This document shows, one piece after another, positions 25,400 through 38,237 of a stretch of 64,000 bases of DNA. The number at the start of each line of letters is the position of its first letter. Position 1 is the stretch's first letter. A model generated the notes under the pieces. It made no database searches. It was not told the DNA's origin and saw only the letters and a program-made list of their open reading frames with translations. The stretch is taken from positions 2,790,001-2,854,000 of the forward strand of contig JBLDXI010000054.1 of assembly GCA_047495785.1 (NCBI GenBank), read 5' to 3'. Origin of the DNA: Lepidodermella squamata. Taxonomy: Eukaryota; Animalia; Gastrotricha. Both the position numbers and the translations under genes were made by a program.

Positions 25400-26173
25400 A
25401 TGTCGTCGTTTTGCGAATTATATATACTACGGGTTGAAGAATCATTACACCACAATTTCACATCGACACGGAAACGTTTTATACTATATCAACAGATAAT
25501 AAAGCAAATTGATTGATAGGAATTTTCCGCTCCGCTCCGGAAAACAGGTGGCTTCGGATCAACAAACAAGGATGTATGTATAAATTGTATGCGGTATTGG
25601 AGTCTGGCCAGAATTTTAGGTGCATCCGATAGTGTTTTTTCGTATATCTATATCAAGTCGCGCGACCGGACCGGCGCTCTGGCTCCTGCTGCTGGCAAAT
25701 TAACAGACTCTTTATTTTATTATACATATTTACAGTATACGCCGGATAACGGAAGCAAGCATTGATGATTCCCTAGTTTGGCAAACATATATCCGCGCTC
25801 AAGGCAAACACAAGCGCCATCGGAAGAAAAAAAATAACCGGAGTATTATTCCTCGTCCTTGAATAGCCGAAAGAGTTCTAATAGTCTTCGGTCCCACTCT
25901 TGACTGCAGTACCCAATTAGCATTCCCTAGATCCTAATCTTCTAGAAAATCAATGCCGATTCACTAACTGTGATCTTATTTAGCCAGAAGGAAGTTAAAT
26001 AATCTGCTAAGCATTTCAAGGTAGATTACCTCTTAATCGATTTTGAGATTAGCCTTCGTTGCAGAAAATTCTCACGAAATTGAATAAGGGCCCCTAGGCC
26101 AATTTGATTTACTGCCGTTCATTTTATCAGCAATCAGCAATCATCCATGTTGTAATATTCATTTTGTTCTAGG

Positions 26174-27630
26174 ATGCAACAGTTGTTAATACTTACGAGA
26201 GTATGTAATTCGAAATTGCTTCTTGCCTTGTTTGGAGTTTTGTTCATCTGGTCGTTGGGCATAGTCATGCGTTATGCGCTGAACGATGACCTCGCAATAG
26301 CAGAAGGCGCTGTCGTCTCATATCAATCAGGCCATGCGTTAGTCACCATAGCTTACCCATCTCTTGAGCCGGAGTGGCAGAACCATACGTTTCTCAAAAT
26401 GAAAGACTTCCTTATCGTCGGATTTTTCGAAGACAGTTTTGCAGAAGATTTCCTGTCTTCATGGGGAGATGTCTTGGTGTGCACTAATGATGGTCAAATG
26501 GAGACAAATTCGTCTAGCTGCGCGTCCTTCTCAACATTTTCAGCCTATTTAGTGTGGAGAGGTCCTAATACGTCTTTCAGCCACATCTACCTCACTCGGC
26601 ATAGATTGCCAAGCTTACTACTAGTGCGACTTTTCCTAGTATCTCCCAAGGATGATAGTGACTTGTATTACTTCTGTCATGGCCTTTCAGCTTACGATGA
26701 AGCCCCCAACAAAAGTTGTCCACCTTGCTTATGTCCAGCAATTTTTCACAGAGAAACATTGCACCGATTCGATCATTCCACGAATTTTACAGCTTTATTC
26801 TCTTCAGCAAACCAGTACCATCGAAACTCAAGATTCATACCTTGCCTACCACTGCGAAATGAGACGATTAGATTTCAACCTTCAATGGTTTTCGTTGATG
26901 GTCAGAGGCCAGGCTTTTCCGCACATCAGGCTTGGGCATTAAGAGAATTTTACCGTCAAAGGGGAATGCGGGTTGGTATCGATTCAGGAACTCAACTGGG
27001 TTGGTATCGAGACTGCTCCATTATCGACGGTGATGTTGATATGGACATGTTCATTCCTAGCTCAGAAGTCAACACGTCTTTCTACAAGACACTTTACGAG
27101 GTGAGAAAAATCATTAACGCCAAATTTTGGAATCTTTCATTGGTTTTTCATGACAGACTGCTCATAGGAATAAAAAGCCGACCGAGGCGGAATTCCACTT
27201 TTCTAACAATGAAACCGTCGTTATAAAATCAACGCGGATATTCGGTGATATGCAGTCTGGAATCGAGGTGCGTTTCGAAGCCGGGCCTCCAAACGCTCAA
27301 TGGAAAGATAAAGTTGGCATCGATATCTTCGTTTTACATTTCGGCCCTGAATATCCGTATATCAAGGGCTTTGTAACCTCTCAACGCGCTATTCTTTACT
27401 ACGCTCAGCCAGCAGATCTTCGAATATGCTCGACAATATTTTTACGTCATTTATACCTTGTACCATGCGATCCAGCGTCTGTTCTGGAAATGAATTATGG
27501 CGAGGGCTGGCGGACGCCCAGTCCTAGATTGGACAATTATTGGATGAAACAGCCGAATATCAAGCAACGGCAGGTGCTTTCAGGGGTTCAATGGAAACTT
27601 CGCAACATGTACATCGGTTTTGAAAAGTGA
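26174..27630 (+). CDS. Fukutin-like LicD-family type II membrane protein
   Basis: Exons 26174-27100 and 27157-27630. N-terminal TM; DSGTQLGWYRDCSIIDGDVDMD (fukutin GTCLGWYRQC..DVD); IDIFV; VPCDPASVLEMNYGEGWRTP. Confidence 0.8.
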
Positions 27631-27697
27631 TTGATGCAATATCCGACCTTCAAACCAGTATTTTTTATACTAAAATAAATATCCTCTATATTTTGCA

Positions 27698-28931
27698 TCA
27701 AAGGTTTTCGTATTCGAAAATATCAAGGTCTTGGTGATAAGTTTGGATTATAGCTTCTTGCAATGATCTTGGAAGCTCTCCCCACAGTTGTCGCCACTTT
27801 TCAGTAGAGTCTGTAACCGGTTTTGATTGATACAACTGGTGTCTGCTTGCCTTTAGCACCTTCTCGAAAAAATAATCGGCTTCTGGATGCCAGTTTTCTA
27901 AGCGAAATATATAGTCATATTGTATGCGACAAGGCATAGTCATTGTCGAAAATGGGGACCCTGGATTGGACGAAGGGCTTATTATTAAGATTCAAATGAT
28001 CAAAATTTGCTTACAGTGCACGTCATCCATCATGTTGCCATCAGAGAATTTATCTTTGAGGTAGCGGAAAAATTCAGACAAGGTAACAGCTGTTTCATTA
28101 GAACTGAAGTCCTTCGTCAAATTCCGATAGGCATAGGCTATGACTTCACCATAAACCTATTATCAGTGTGATTGGAACCAACTGTTTATACTGTTAGCTT
28201 GGAAAATTCAAACCTTGCTGTAGTACGGGTTATTTCCTCGTCTCATTTTGCTGTTCCAAGCCGATACTAACCTGAGGAGAGGATGCCTTACCCAAAGAAC
28301 TTTGGTATAGCTCATAAGCCGGGCTAATTTTGACGCTGGATCAGTGTATTGACTAAGTGGCCTCAACCCTACAGCTGTTGGCCATTCTTGAAGCGAATGA
28401 ACAAAATCTGCTGCGATTTCATTGGGCGACGTAAAATTGCGGCCATAATTTGAGTTGAAAAGAAGCAACCGCTTCAAATTTGTTGATCCAACCTTTGGGA
28501 CGCTGAAAACATATATTTAGATTGTATTAATATATTTGAATTTCCTATTACATGCAGTAGACGATACGTCGCGCATCGTCGACAAGATATATACTCATCG
28601 CAATCGGGTTTCTGGCCAGAGCATGGACTGCTTGCGAGAATTTTTCATTTCTTGTCAAGCCACCTGTGCCGTATTCGCTGTTGCATTTCCTCTCTATTTC
28701 CAGCCTGCGATTTCGCAAGATCTCTTCGACCTCCGACGCGTTGTACGAGGGTAGTGGCCTTTCGGTGGAGACAGTCTCGATTTCGCTACTTCCGATAATG
28801 GTCACTTCAATATAACTTGCTTGCCGAGTTGTGAATGTAGCATTGAAGAAGAGGGCAATGATAGAAAAACAGGCTACAATTCCGAAACAAAATCTAAGCC
28901 GTATTGCTGGCATGCAAAGCTGCGAAATCAT
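27698..28931 (-). CDS. Carbohydrate sulfotransferase (Sulfotransfer_2, CHST8-14 family)
   Basis: Four exons. Type II TM, CMVPKVGSTNLK (5'-PSB), VRHPLLRLVSAW (3'-PB), DVHW, YDYIFRLE, Y..DLDIFEY. Confidence 0.88.
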
Positions 28932-29903
28932 TAAGTTGAGCTTCGAACTGCCACCTCTAATAGAAGCCTGGCAATCGGCAATCTTAAAGATCGTTCTCTA
29001 TTCAGCTATTGTTCCAGTCGAAATCCGATATAAAAGCGAATAATTCATGACATCAAGATTGCCCAAAATAACCACTTCTTCCTCGTAATATCGATCATTT
29101 TGATAGGATACGCGCCGCAATCTAATAAACGATGCGTGACCCAGTTATATCAACAGCGTCTGTATCAATTATGGATTCTTGCGCGACACAGGCCTTCAGC
29201 TCGATAGCTTGGAAATCGTCAGCATTAGGGAATGAAATTGTTCGAAAATATAAGGCAGTGTTTGAACATTGGTTCCATGTCATGGTGTATAATTTAAATT
29301 CACTGATGTTAACCATGAAAAGCTTTGAAAGCTTTCCAGAGCTATGATGTAGTGAATTAGTCGATCAAGCATTCCTTGGTTGAACGCTGAACAAAATCCT
29401 CCAACCGCTATGAATTTAAAAATTCCCGTTCAGGGTTGAAGACAGTTTCGCACTGAGGCATTGAGCATATAGGGCACTTTCCCTCATTGATGCGCATCAC
29501 GTCAAATACAAGCTGAAGGTTTGCACCAACGTCTACTTAGTGTGTAGCTGTGCCTCGTACTTAGACATGTCGTAACACCGGCTACTAAAGTTTACAAGCA
29601 CTTTGCTACATGTTCCCTCCCGAAGACACGGATTGTCCTGTTGAACTTTGCTACCTTATTTTCATCTACTAACCATTCACTGTTTCACGGAATAGAAAAA
29701 ACAATTAGTCATTGCTTTTGTTACGAGCTTTCTTCGCCTTCCATTTTTTGTTCAGTGAACTAATCTTATTGCATCACATGACAAATTTAGCCTTTCGCTA
29801 AACTCAATTACATTGTGTCTAAAAGGTGGACATTTTTTACGTCGATGGAAAGCAGTTTTTGCCTCCGTGGAGTGGACTAATTTACCAGCGATCCTGCAGA
29901 GGC

Positions 29904-31252
29904 ATGCTACAATGGATCAAAGCTATTTCTTGGAAATTCCTTGTCGTGTTACTTGGACTGACTTGCTCCTTCTACCTCACAATTTACTACTATAGTCAGG
30001 AGTGCAAAACGTCCTCTCCTATCCTCGTGAAGCCATCAGTTACACAGAGGTTTGCCGAGCTTGTCGAATCTCCTCCTAATGGACCACCCTATGACGCCGC
30101 TGAACTGGAAGCTTTATTCGAACAGAGGCGGCGAACCGCTAAAGAAACTTGCAAGACGAGATACGAAGCCACAAATGACCCAGCTAAGCAGAGTATGAAA
30201 GCTTACAAACAAATGACCTGGAGCACAGCCATTCAACGAAGTTTTTACATTGATGAAGTAAACCGTTTGTTCATGTGCTTGTAAGTCTTAAGAATGATCG
30301 ATAGATGGTATTAAAATAGTTTCCACAGAATCCCCAAGGTCGCATCTTCCCAATTGAAGGATTTGCTGCTTTATCTAAGCGTTAATTCTACTTTATCAAA
30401 TCTCAACAATAGCAACGTCCACGTCACTTCAACTTGGCCAGCTAGTGCGGCTTTCAAGCCAATCACCAGCCTCAAAAATAACAAAGCGGAAATTATTTTC
30501 AGATTGCAGAATTATACAAAGATTGCTTGGGTTCGAGATCCACTTCTTCGCTTAGTGGTAAGATTTCGATCTTTTCATATAAATCACTGCGATTTTCCAA
30601 TTTTTACAGTCTGCTTGGCATGATAAATTAACTGGTCAGAACGAACATTATTACAGAGTAATTGTTGGGCTTTCGTTTGAATATTAACGCTTAAACTACT
30701 GAATGATAGCAATTCGGCTATTATATGGTGAAGGAGCTCCGTAATGTCAGTGCTGACCTCCTTAAAAATCGAACTGCCGTCAAACTGGAGGAATTCTTCT
30801 CATATTTGAGAGATCACACCAGCCCACACAAGTTGGATGATGTTCATTGTAAGACACCCTGCTAACTCTTGATTTGAGCTTTACTCTCTCGAAATTTTTA
30901 TAGGGGCATCTTACAACCTCTTATGTATGCCATGTTACGTAAGTTAGATTTTTGATTGCTTCGAATTATTCATGTTTAAACGTATTCGAAACAGATAAAC
31001 TACGACTACATCATAAACCTGGAGAGGTGGTACCCTGAGACGCAATATGTGTTACAAAGCCACCTGAAACAAGCGCGAAATTTGCTAGAGGATGATCCAT
31101 CGTCACTTCAACAAGTTAGGGATCTACTTGGTCAAAGAAGCGCGAGTAGTGACTCAAAATGGAAGGAGCTATTGAAAGAAATCTCTCAGCCTCTCCTCAG
31201 CGCGATACAGCGCATGTATTCTTTCGATTATAGGCTGTTCGGCTATTCATAG
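29904..31252 (+). CDS. Carbohydrate sulfotransferase (Sulfotransfer_2), divergently oriented paralog
   Basis: Multi-exon. TM, CLIPKVASSQLK, VRDPLLRLVSAW, DDVHW, INYDYIINLE, MYSFDYRLFGY. Confidence 0.85.
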
Positions 31253-31335
31253 TAATGATCTATTATATATTATTCCGACTACATTTCTTTCACTTCTGCT
31301 GGTTAGAAAAAGAAATGAATACATGAAAGTTTATT

Positions 31336-32033
31336 TTAAATCGTTTTCATCAGGTTGTTTTGTTGATTTTTCAGAGGCGATTGAGTGAAAAATGACAAAA
31401 AGTGAAATGAATCCTCTACCAAAATACCATTTCCCGGCCTTTCTACATCAACGAAATGATGCAGATTATGAGATGACTTCGCGTTAGGACCAGCAGTGAT
31501 ATCTGTGGTTGGAAGAGGTTGTAGCCAAGTGCCATCTTTTGCTGATTTCATATGCCTCCTATCTGTCGCTAGATCACTTAGTAGAAGACTAGCTGGGACG
31601 ATTCGGTATTTCCTCTTGTAAGCCGGTGGAATGGAGACGACGTCATTTCGAAGGGCATGGGAGAAGTAGATATCGGCTGTAACCGGAAAATCCAGCGTCG
31701 AATCCAGGTCCCAGACGTAACTTTCTTTATTAGGACCTAAAATAATATTCTTCACTTAAGCTCGCCAAAGATTTTCAGAAATGTCTCACCTATTTGTTTT
31801 CCAACAAAAATTACATGATAATCTAAAACAGCGGTCCCATTGGCTTGTTTACTGTGCTTTTGGTTGAAAATCATTATCTGCCTCTTCGGGTTGGATATGA
31901 AAACAGCATAATAGTGCTTCAGATTGTTCGGATCATTGGTCTGAACGTGTTTGCATAGATGCCAGACATTTTCTTCGCAGTATCCACGGCTGTAGATACA
32001 ATCCTCTCGTTTAGGGATACAAGGCTCGGACAT
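31336..32033 (-). CDS. NTAQ1: Protein N-terminal glutamine amidohydrolase
   Basis: Two exons. YCEENVWHLC, LDYHVI (WDYHV motif), VWDLDSTLDFP, DRRHMK. The Cys-His-Asp triad is present. Confidence 0.92.
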
Positions 32034-32307
32034 TTTGGTGTGGCTGTAAGTGATAAAATCTGATATGGACAGACCTGCTGCTTAATTTTACCACAGGAAA
32101 GCAAGATGAATTATGTGCACGGCGGTTACCTAGGAGTGGCGGCTTTCATTCTAGGTCATTCAGAAGAACCTTTCAGAAATCGCTCATTCAAACAGGGGGC
32201 AAATTATATACGACCTCGTGGTCACTCATTCTTGGCGATTTATTTTCAGCAAGCTGACAAATTATTCAGAAAATTTAAAAATAACCTGGAACAAATGCCA
32301 CAGAGTT

Positions 32308-34371
32308 TTATGCTCGGTTTTCCGAGACTTCGGTTTGACTATTGAAGTTGCTGAGCTGTTCTTGCTGTTCCTGCTTCAGGAAACAATTTTTAACCACCAG
32401 TAGCCGCTGCTCCACAAATTTAGCCGTTTGCAATCCACCTGAAAGGTGCACAAAAATTGAAAATTGTGAGAGTTCATGAAAATCCAAAGAACTCACCAGT
32501 TGAAAGCCCTACGATACACGACACCAGTATTCCGATCAGTAGTGAGAAGAATGGGAACAGGAAGTACGATATCGAAAACAAATACAGAAGCCCCGGTGGA
32601 AGACTGGACGGATCATTCCTAATGCATAACAAAATGAACGTCGTCAATAGATTTAGTTAGGACCATTTACCAATTTCTGCTTCCTTCTGGTAAAGGGACA
32701 TCTACATCCATCCATTTAGGAGGCCGTTGCTCAGTCAACTCCCACCAGGATATCGAAAACGGAACATTTGCGAATGAGGCACAGTTAGCCGTAGTTGAAG
32801 GTAGCCAAACTTGTTCATTGCCTAGTTTGTAAATCATTTGACCCGCGGCGACGAACCCTGTTAATGTCGTCGCTGCAACCATTCCACTGATTACGCCAAT
32901 TGAATTGACGAATGGAAACAAAGCTCCGGCAAGGTAGCATAGGAAAACAGCAGCACCAAATACGCTAACCGTAGACATTGTCAACTTGATAATACTGCCA
33001 GAAATAGCTTCGAACGAAATCGCGAGTAAGCACGAAGCTAGGCCAAGTGCGAAAGTGATCAGCTTGAGAGCTATCGAGATCCCACGCGGGCTAAGTCGCT
33101 TCTCAAGAGGGTGCTTCAACAAGTCTTCCCAGATGATAGCTGAAACACTGTTATAGCCGGTTGACATAGTTGAAAGTGAGCCGCTGAAAAGAGCCGCGAA
33201 CCAAAGTCCGATTAAACCGGGGTAATTGAGTACTTCGGCTACATAGTAAGTTGTTAACTGGTTTGGGCTGGAGATGAGTTTCCCTCTTAGAGGATCACAT
33301 CCCTGCGTTTCGTAATGCACGTACCTAAAACGAAACTTGTCAAGATAAATCATAGGATTTCCTATCACTCTTACATTACTATTGCCATTAACAGAAGAAG
33401 GCCCATAAAAATGATAATTTGGGGAGACATTGCCAAAATCGACCATATTGCTTGCCTGACGTTGGGTACTGCGGAATATCTTTGAACTGCTGCTTGTGAA
33501 GTAGCATGATAACCGGCTGAGAATAAAATCGGTGGGAACAACATCGCATAAAAACTAGAAGAAAATCGTGATTATAGTGAGGATCCTGCGCCCATCAATA
33601 GAAATTACCTGTAAGTGTTGCGAAGGTCGGGGTTGAAATCGAAAAAATCTAACCGGCCACCCTTCGAAGCGATTTCCATCGCTTTAGATATACCACCGTC
33701 TATTTTCGAATAGCCAACTATAGTGGCAACCAATACACCGACGAACATGACTATTGCTTGGATTAAATCCACAGTGACCACAGCCTGGAATCCGCCTAAA
33801 ACTGTGTAAAGCATCGTAATGGCTCCGGTGGCAAGAACACTGGCCCAGGTTGGGATAGGCGAAACAGCTGCTAGAGCTACACAAGGTGCATAGGTAGTCA
33901 CAGCTAAGGCCGCTATAGTCGAAATAACGCCAGCCACAGTTCCGATATATCTGACGATCTTAGACTTGAACCGCATCTCCAGGTATTGATAGGTACTAAT
34001 CAGTTTTAAGTTGTACATCATTGGCACGACGAGGTAGGCTCCTATTGATATCCCAATGACTTGGCCAACGCTTGAAATAAAAAATTTCGCTCCTCCAGTG
34101 TATAACTCTGCGGGAATGCCAATAAGGGCGACGGCACTCCAAAAAGATGCGAATAAAGATGCTGCAATTGGTATGACATGCATAGCTCGGTTGCCGACAA
34201 AATAACTAAATAAAGAAATATATTAAGGTGGCTCGGGAGAGTAATTGATAATCACCTTTCAGTGGTGACTTTCTTCTTCCGATCTCGCCACATGTAGATT
34301 GGGCCGACCATTGCCGAAACCAGTAACAGAATGGCGAAAACGATGTAGTCGGCATAATGTAAATCCGCCAT
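32308..34371 (-). CDS. Sodium:solute symporter, SLC5A6/SLC5A8-like
   Basis: Multi-exon. DYIVF, YFVGNRAM..PIAASLFASFWSA, YQYLEMRF, YTVLGGFQAVV..D, QAAVQRY, PGLIGLWFAALFSGSLSTMSTGYNS. Confidence 0.9.
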
Positions 34372-35167
34372 TTTTTGAGATGAATTTTTTTATGTTTACA
34401 TTAAAGTGCCTTGGAGCAATCGATCAATAAAAACTAGTTTTTCAGTAATCGAGGCGGTGTGTAGCAATATTACAACAATTCTTTTTTCCGCTGCTTAGTA
34501 TGTGCTAATAATGTAATATCGCATTCGTGCACCTGCAATGATGATGGCTATGATGATGATGGCGACGTGAATACATTATTATTGAACGCGCATTGAACCG
34601 CTGCGCTAATGCATTTCGCAGAGCATGCGGGCTTGTTTACGCGTAAATTGCCCACTGCCCATGCAGCTCGTAATGTGCGAGCGTGAGCTGCTAGTTGTTA
34701 TTATTTACGTCTTTAAAGCGCGACTTAAAAGCGGCCCCAATTTCAGCCCGAAAAATGCAGCCAGCGTTTATATACGCGCCGTAGTACTCCTGTATGAAAA
34801 ACCATAGTAGTAATGCGAGCAAAACACATTGAGGGCTTCCGTGAACCAACTTTTTGCGAGCTGAGTGCTGAACGCAGTCACGAGCGACCTAAGTGAAAAG
34901 GTCAGAAAAAGACACGATGGGCGCATCGCCACGAGTGTTTATAACTATACTATGGCATAGAAAACTGCCACCTGTGCGGCGGCGCAGAAGAAGAAACAAC
35001 ACACAAAGGGCCGCTCTATTACTTACTAGCGCAGTTTATTTGTCAACAACAATACTACTTGTTTGTTTTATTTTCAGGGATAAAATGTCATCACTCGGCA
35101 CTCAGTATTCATCAGTCAGTTGGGAATAACTATTCATTGAATGTCAACACGCCAGTGTTTTTTATGC

Positions 35168-37643
35168 TCATATCGACCCGACATATTGCTCTTCGACCAT
35201 CAAATAGGAGGTCGATCCCACGCCGGCTCCCGTTGTCGAGTAATTGTCCAGAGCCCCTGCATCACACATTCCGATGTTAAGTGCAATTGTCAACGAACCC
35301 GCGGGAATTGGGGTTGCGCAGGTGCCTTCGACAAAGCGTGGGATGCCGTACGAGAAACCGGCAGTATTACGCCAGTTCTCCAACCAAGCCTGTATTTTGG
35401 TGTCGCATTCGTTCCCGTTGACAGTAATGAACCTTCAATGCCGTGGTGTTGAAGCATATGGAAGCAAACAGGATTTATAACTTACCAACGCTTGCATTCA
35501 CTAATAGCCGTTGATTGCCATATTCTGTAATTAGTGTTACCGAACCATTTGATATGGAGGGTAGAGGCATCTTGCAGCTTATTGTAAGTCATTGTCTGAG
35601 AATCGAATGGCTTTTTTAACTAACTGAGCCAACTTCAATTTACTCACATGAATCGCCTTGAAGCAAGCTGTACCAGTGCTCGAGCAGGAAGTGGTGAAAA
35701 CAGAGTACTTGCGGTTGAAGAAGGGAAGTCGGACCAGTTGTCCATCTGGCATCAGCAGAGAATTCATAGGTAAGTTCTCGTGGATTTCCTCGACAATCAT
35801 GTGAGCCTCTCGCTTTCGTCCAACTTCGGGGTCATAAAGAACCAGCTGATTGGGGCACCCGATGCCACCGCCGCATTGACAATCATACCATATAGCGATA
35901 TCGTAACGCCCAGCAGGAAGTCCTCGGCATATGCCGTCGACTGGAAAAATTAATTAGCCCTGTCTCTTGAAACTGAAGTCATAATTACGTGGCACCGATC
36001 GAGCGCCAGGCTCGGTTCGTCCGCTGCCGGTAGTGAAATATGCAGCCAGAAAAGACGCTTCAATAGAAGCAGGGTTGTTGCACAGCTGGTCATTGATGGT
36101 CACATAAAATCGGAGGCAATGATTGTTGAAGTCGTAGTATACGACCCCGGACCAGAAAATTCTCAGCGCCGAGGTATCACTTCGTTTTTTGTACTTGAGA
36201 GTTTGCTGCGGATTGCCAAACGAGGTAAAATATTAACGCAAAAGCAATCATACACTTACAAAAGGAGTAACACCATATGTGGCAACTGTGAGAGCGTTGA
36301 ACTGAGTGGAGATTGTGTTGTAAACAGTCAGGGATTGACATCGCGCTGAGTCATCTGTCGAAAACACTGAATGAGATTCCCTTAGAAACATTTCTTGCTT
36401 CTTACCGAGTTTCATGAGGTAATCAGCGGGAATGAACTCTTCAAAGTGGAAATACAAAATGCCATAATACGCTGGCTGGCCAAGAGTGGTGAAATCGTTG
36501 ATTGAAATCGTTCGGGTCCATGTAGAAGCCGATGACACATAAATCTTAATTTCGGTACTGCCCTTGGGCGCATCCACGGAAGAGCAGACATGTTCGTCTA
36601 TTAACACAGCTACAATCAAAGGACTTTTTATTTAGAAAGCTATTTCTACCATGATATGACTCGACGACGTAGCTGGTGGCAAAGCCTTGGCGAACGTGTC
36701 GCTCCCTATGAAATTGTTGATGCGAATGCGATCTGAAATTGAGAATGCGAATCTTACAAAGTATGTCGAATTCCCAGTTCTCCGGCACAATCTAAACCGT
36801 TGATCGTAACGTAGAATATAAAAATATCCGTCCCGCTCGAGCCAGTTTGATCCTTGAAGCCAAATGGAATATCCAGTGTGACCTTGATGTGAGTAAAATC
36901 GTGCTTCTTGTCAAATGTGTACGTCTGTGATTAACATGGTGTTTGGTCGAGAACTGACAAATAAATCAAGATTTTACCCTGAAAGCGGTTGTTTGCAGGG
37001 TTGCGTATTGAAATCTCGTATCGCTCACGACTCCGTAACCAACTCTGCGCGGGTAATCAAAACATCCTGACTCTTCCCCTGCAATATAAAGAAGTTATCT
37101 TAACTTAGGTTTTAAGTTGGATGCCTCCGTTGACAAACCTGAACAAAGTGGCGGAGCATTCGGGCAATCTTGCACACAAACTGGGGCGATGGTGTCCGAT
37201 GACCAAACAGTGCCCGGCATCGGGCAGAATGTGTCACAGTCAGGAACACCGTTGTTACGATCAGCCACGTAATCCATCAAAGATTGCGGTGAAATAAGAA
37301 TGCCGCTTATGCAAGTCGCTGTGTAGTTTCTGGTGTCGAACTCCATAGCCATGTCTTTGGGAGCTCGCAGCAAAATGCAAGCATTAGTTGTGAACTGGTA
37401 AATCGCTGATCGGCAACTAGGTCCTGTCGTTGCTAGGCACATACTGGTGCATTCCTCTGGGGTTGAAGCGTTTAGGAACGGCCGAATCATTTGAATATTC
37501 AGCGCTAAGTCTGTAAGATCGACAGTTATAGCGGTTTCCTGAGGCTGAATCAGCCGGGTGCATTGCCCACGAAGAATCATCTCCCCTGAGGTCAGGCTCA
37601 GGATTGAAAGTATTACTGATAATAAAGTAATCGGCCGATCCAT
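35168..37643 (-). CDS. Secreted protein: PAN/apple domain plus three tandem CTHRC1 C-terminal-like domains
   Basis: Signal peptide; PAN (EECTSMC..CRSAIY..CIL); three repeats of K...L.I...(RF/W)Y(V/I)T(I/V)NG..C...DG.C..P.G...I.I...(V/F)EE, resembling the CTHRC1 C-terminal domain. The last exon ends at 35168. Confidence 0.7.
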
Positions 37644-38237
37644 CTCAACTTTCCAATCTACTTTCGCTATTCTGTCTAGAAACCGTTTTTAGCCGTGAAC
37701 CGTGAAGAAGTGCCTTTGAGTGCGTTAATTATGAATGAGCCCCGAGGTGGCTTCGACGCCTCCTTTGTCGACTTCGAAGAAAGGACCATTGTTTTCATAA
37801 CGGACGAATCACCATTTCTCGCCTTTTCAGTGTGAAACAACTTGGAAACTGCATTGATCACTCGATTTCTATCACCTATATTGAAATGCATTAGTAATGA
37901 TCAAGTCAGTTGTTTGTTCAAAGACGGAAAAGATCTTTCAGAATCAATATTTTTTATTCTTTACTGACATACGACTCGACATGTTGTTGAATGATGTTAT
38001 AATACGAGTAGGAAATTAGCGATTTTGCATTATAATAATATCGACAATTTCGCTGACGAAAACAAGACAACAATAAAATTGCAGCGAAGCGTTTCAATTT
38101 TATTTTTCATTTTTTTCGATTTGATCAGATCAAAGCAGATATTTTATTCAAATTCACATCACGATAAAAATATTGATAAATTAAAGTATTCCGTTATTAT
38201 TCTTTGAATTTTTATATTTATTGGTGGGTTGAAAAAT

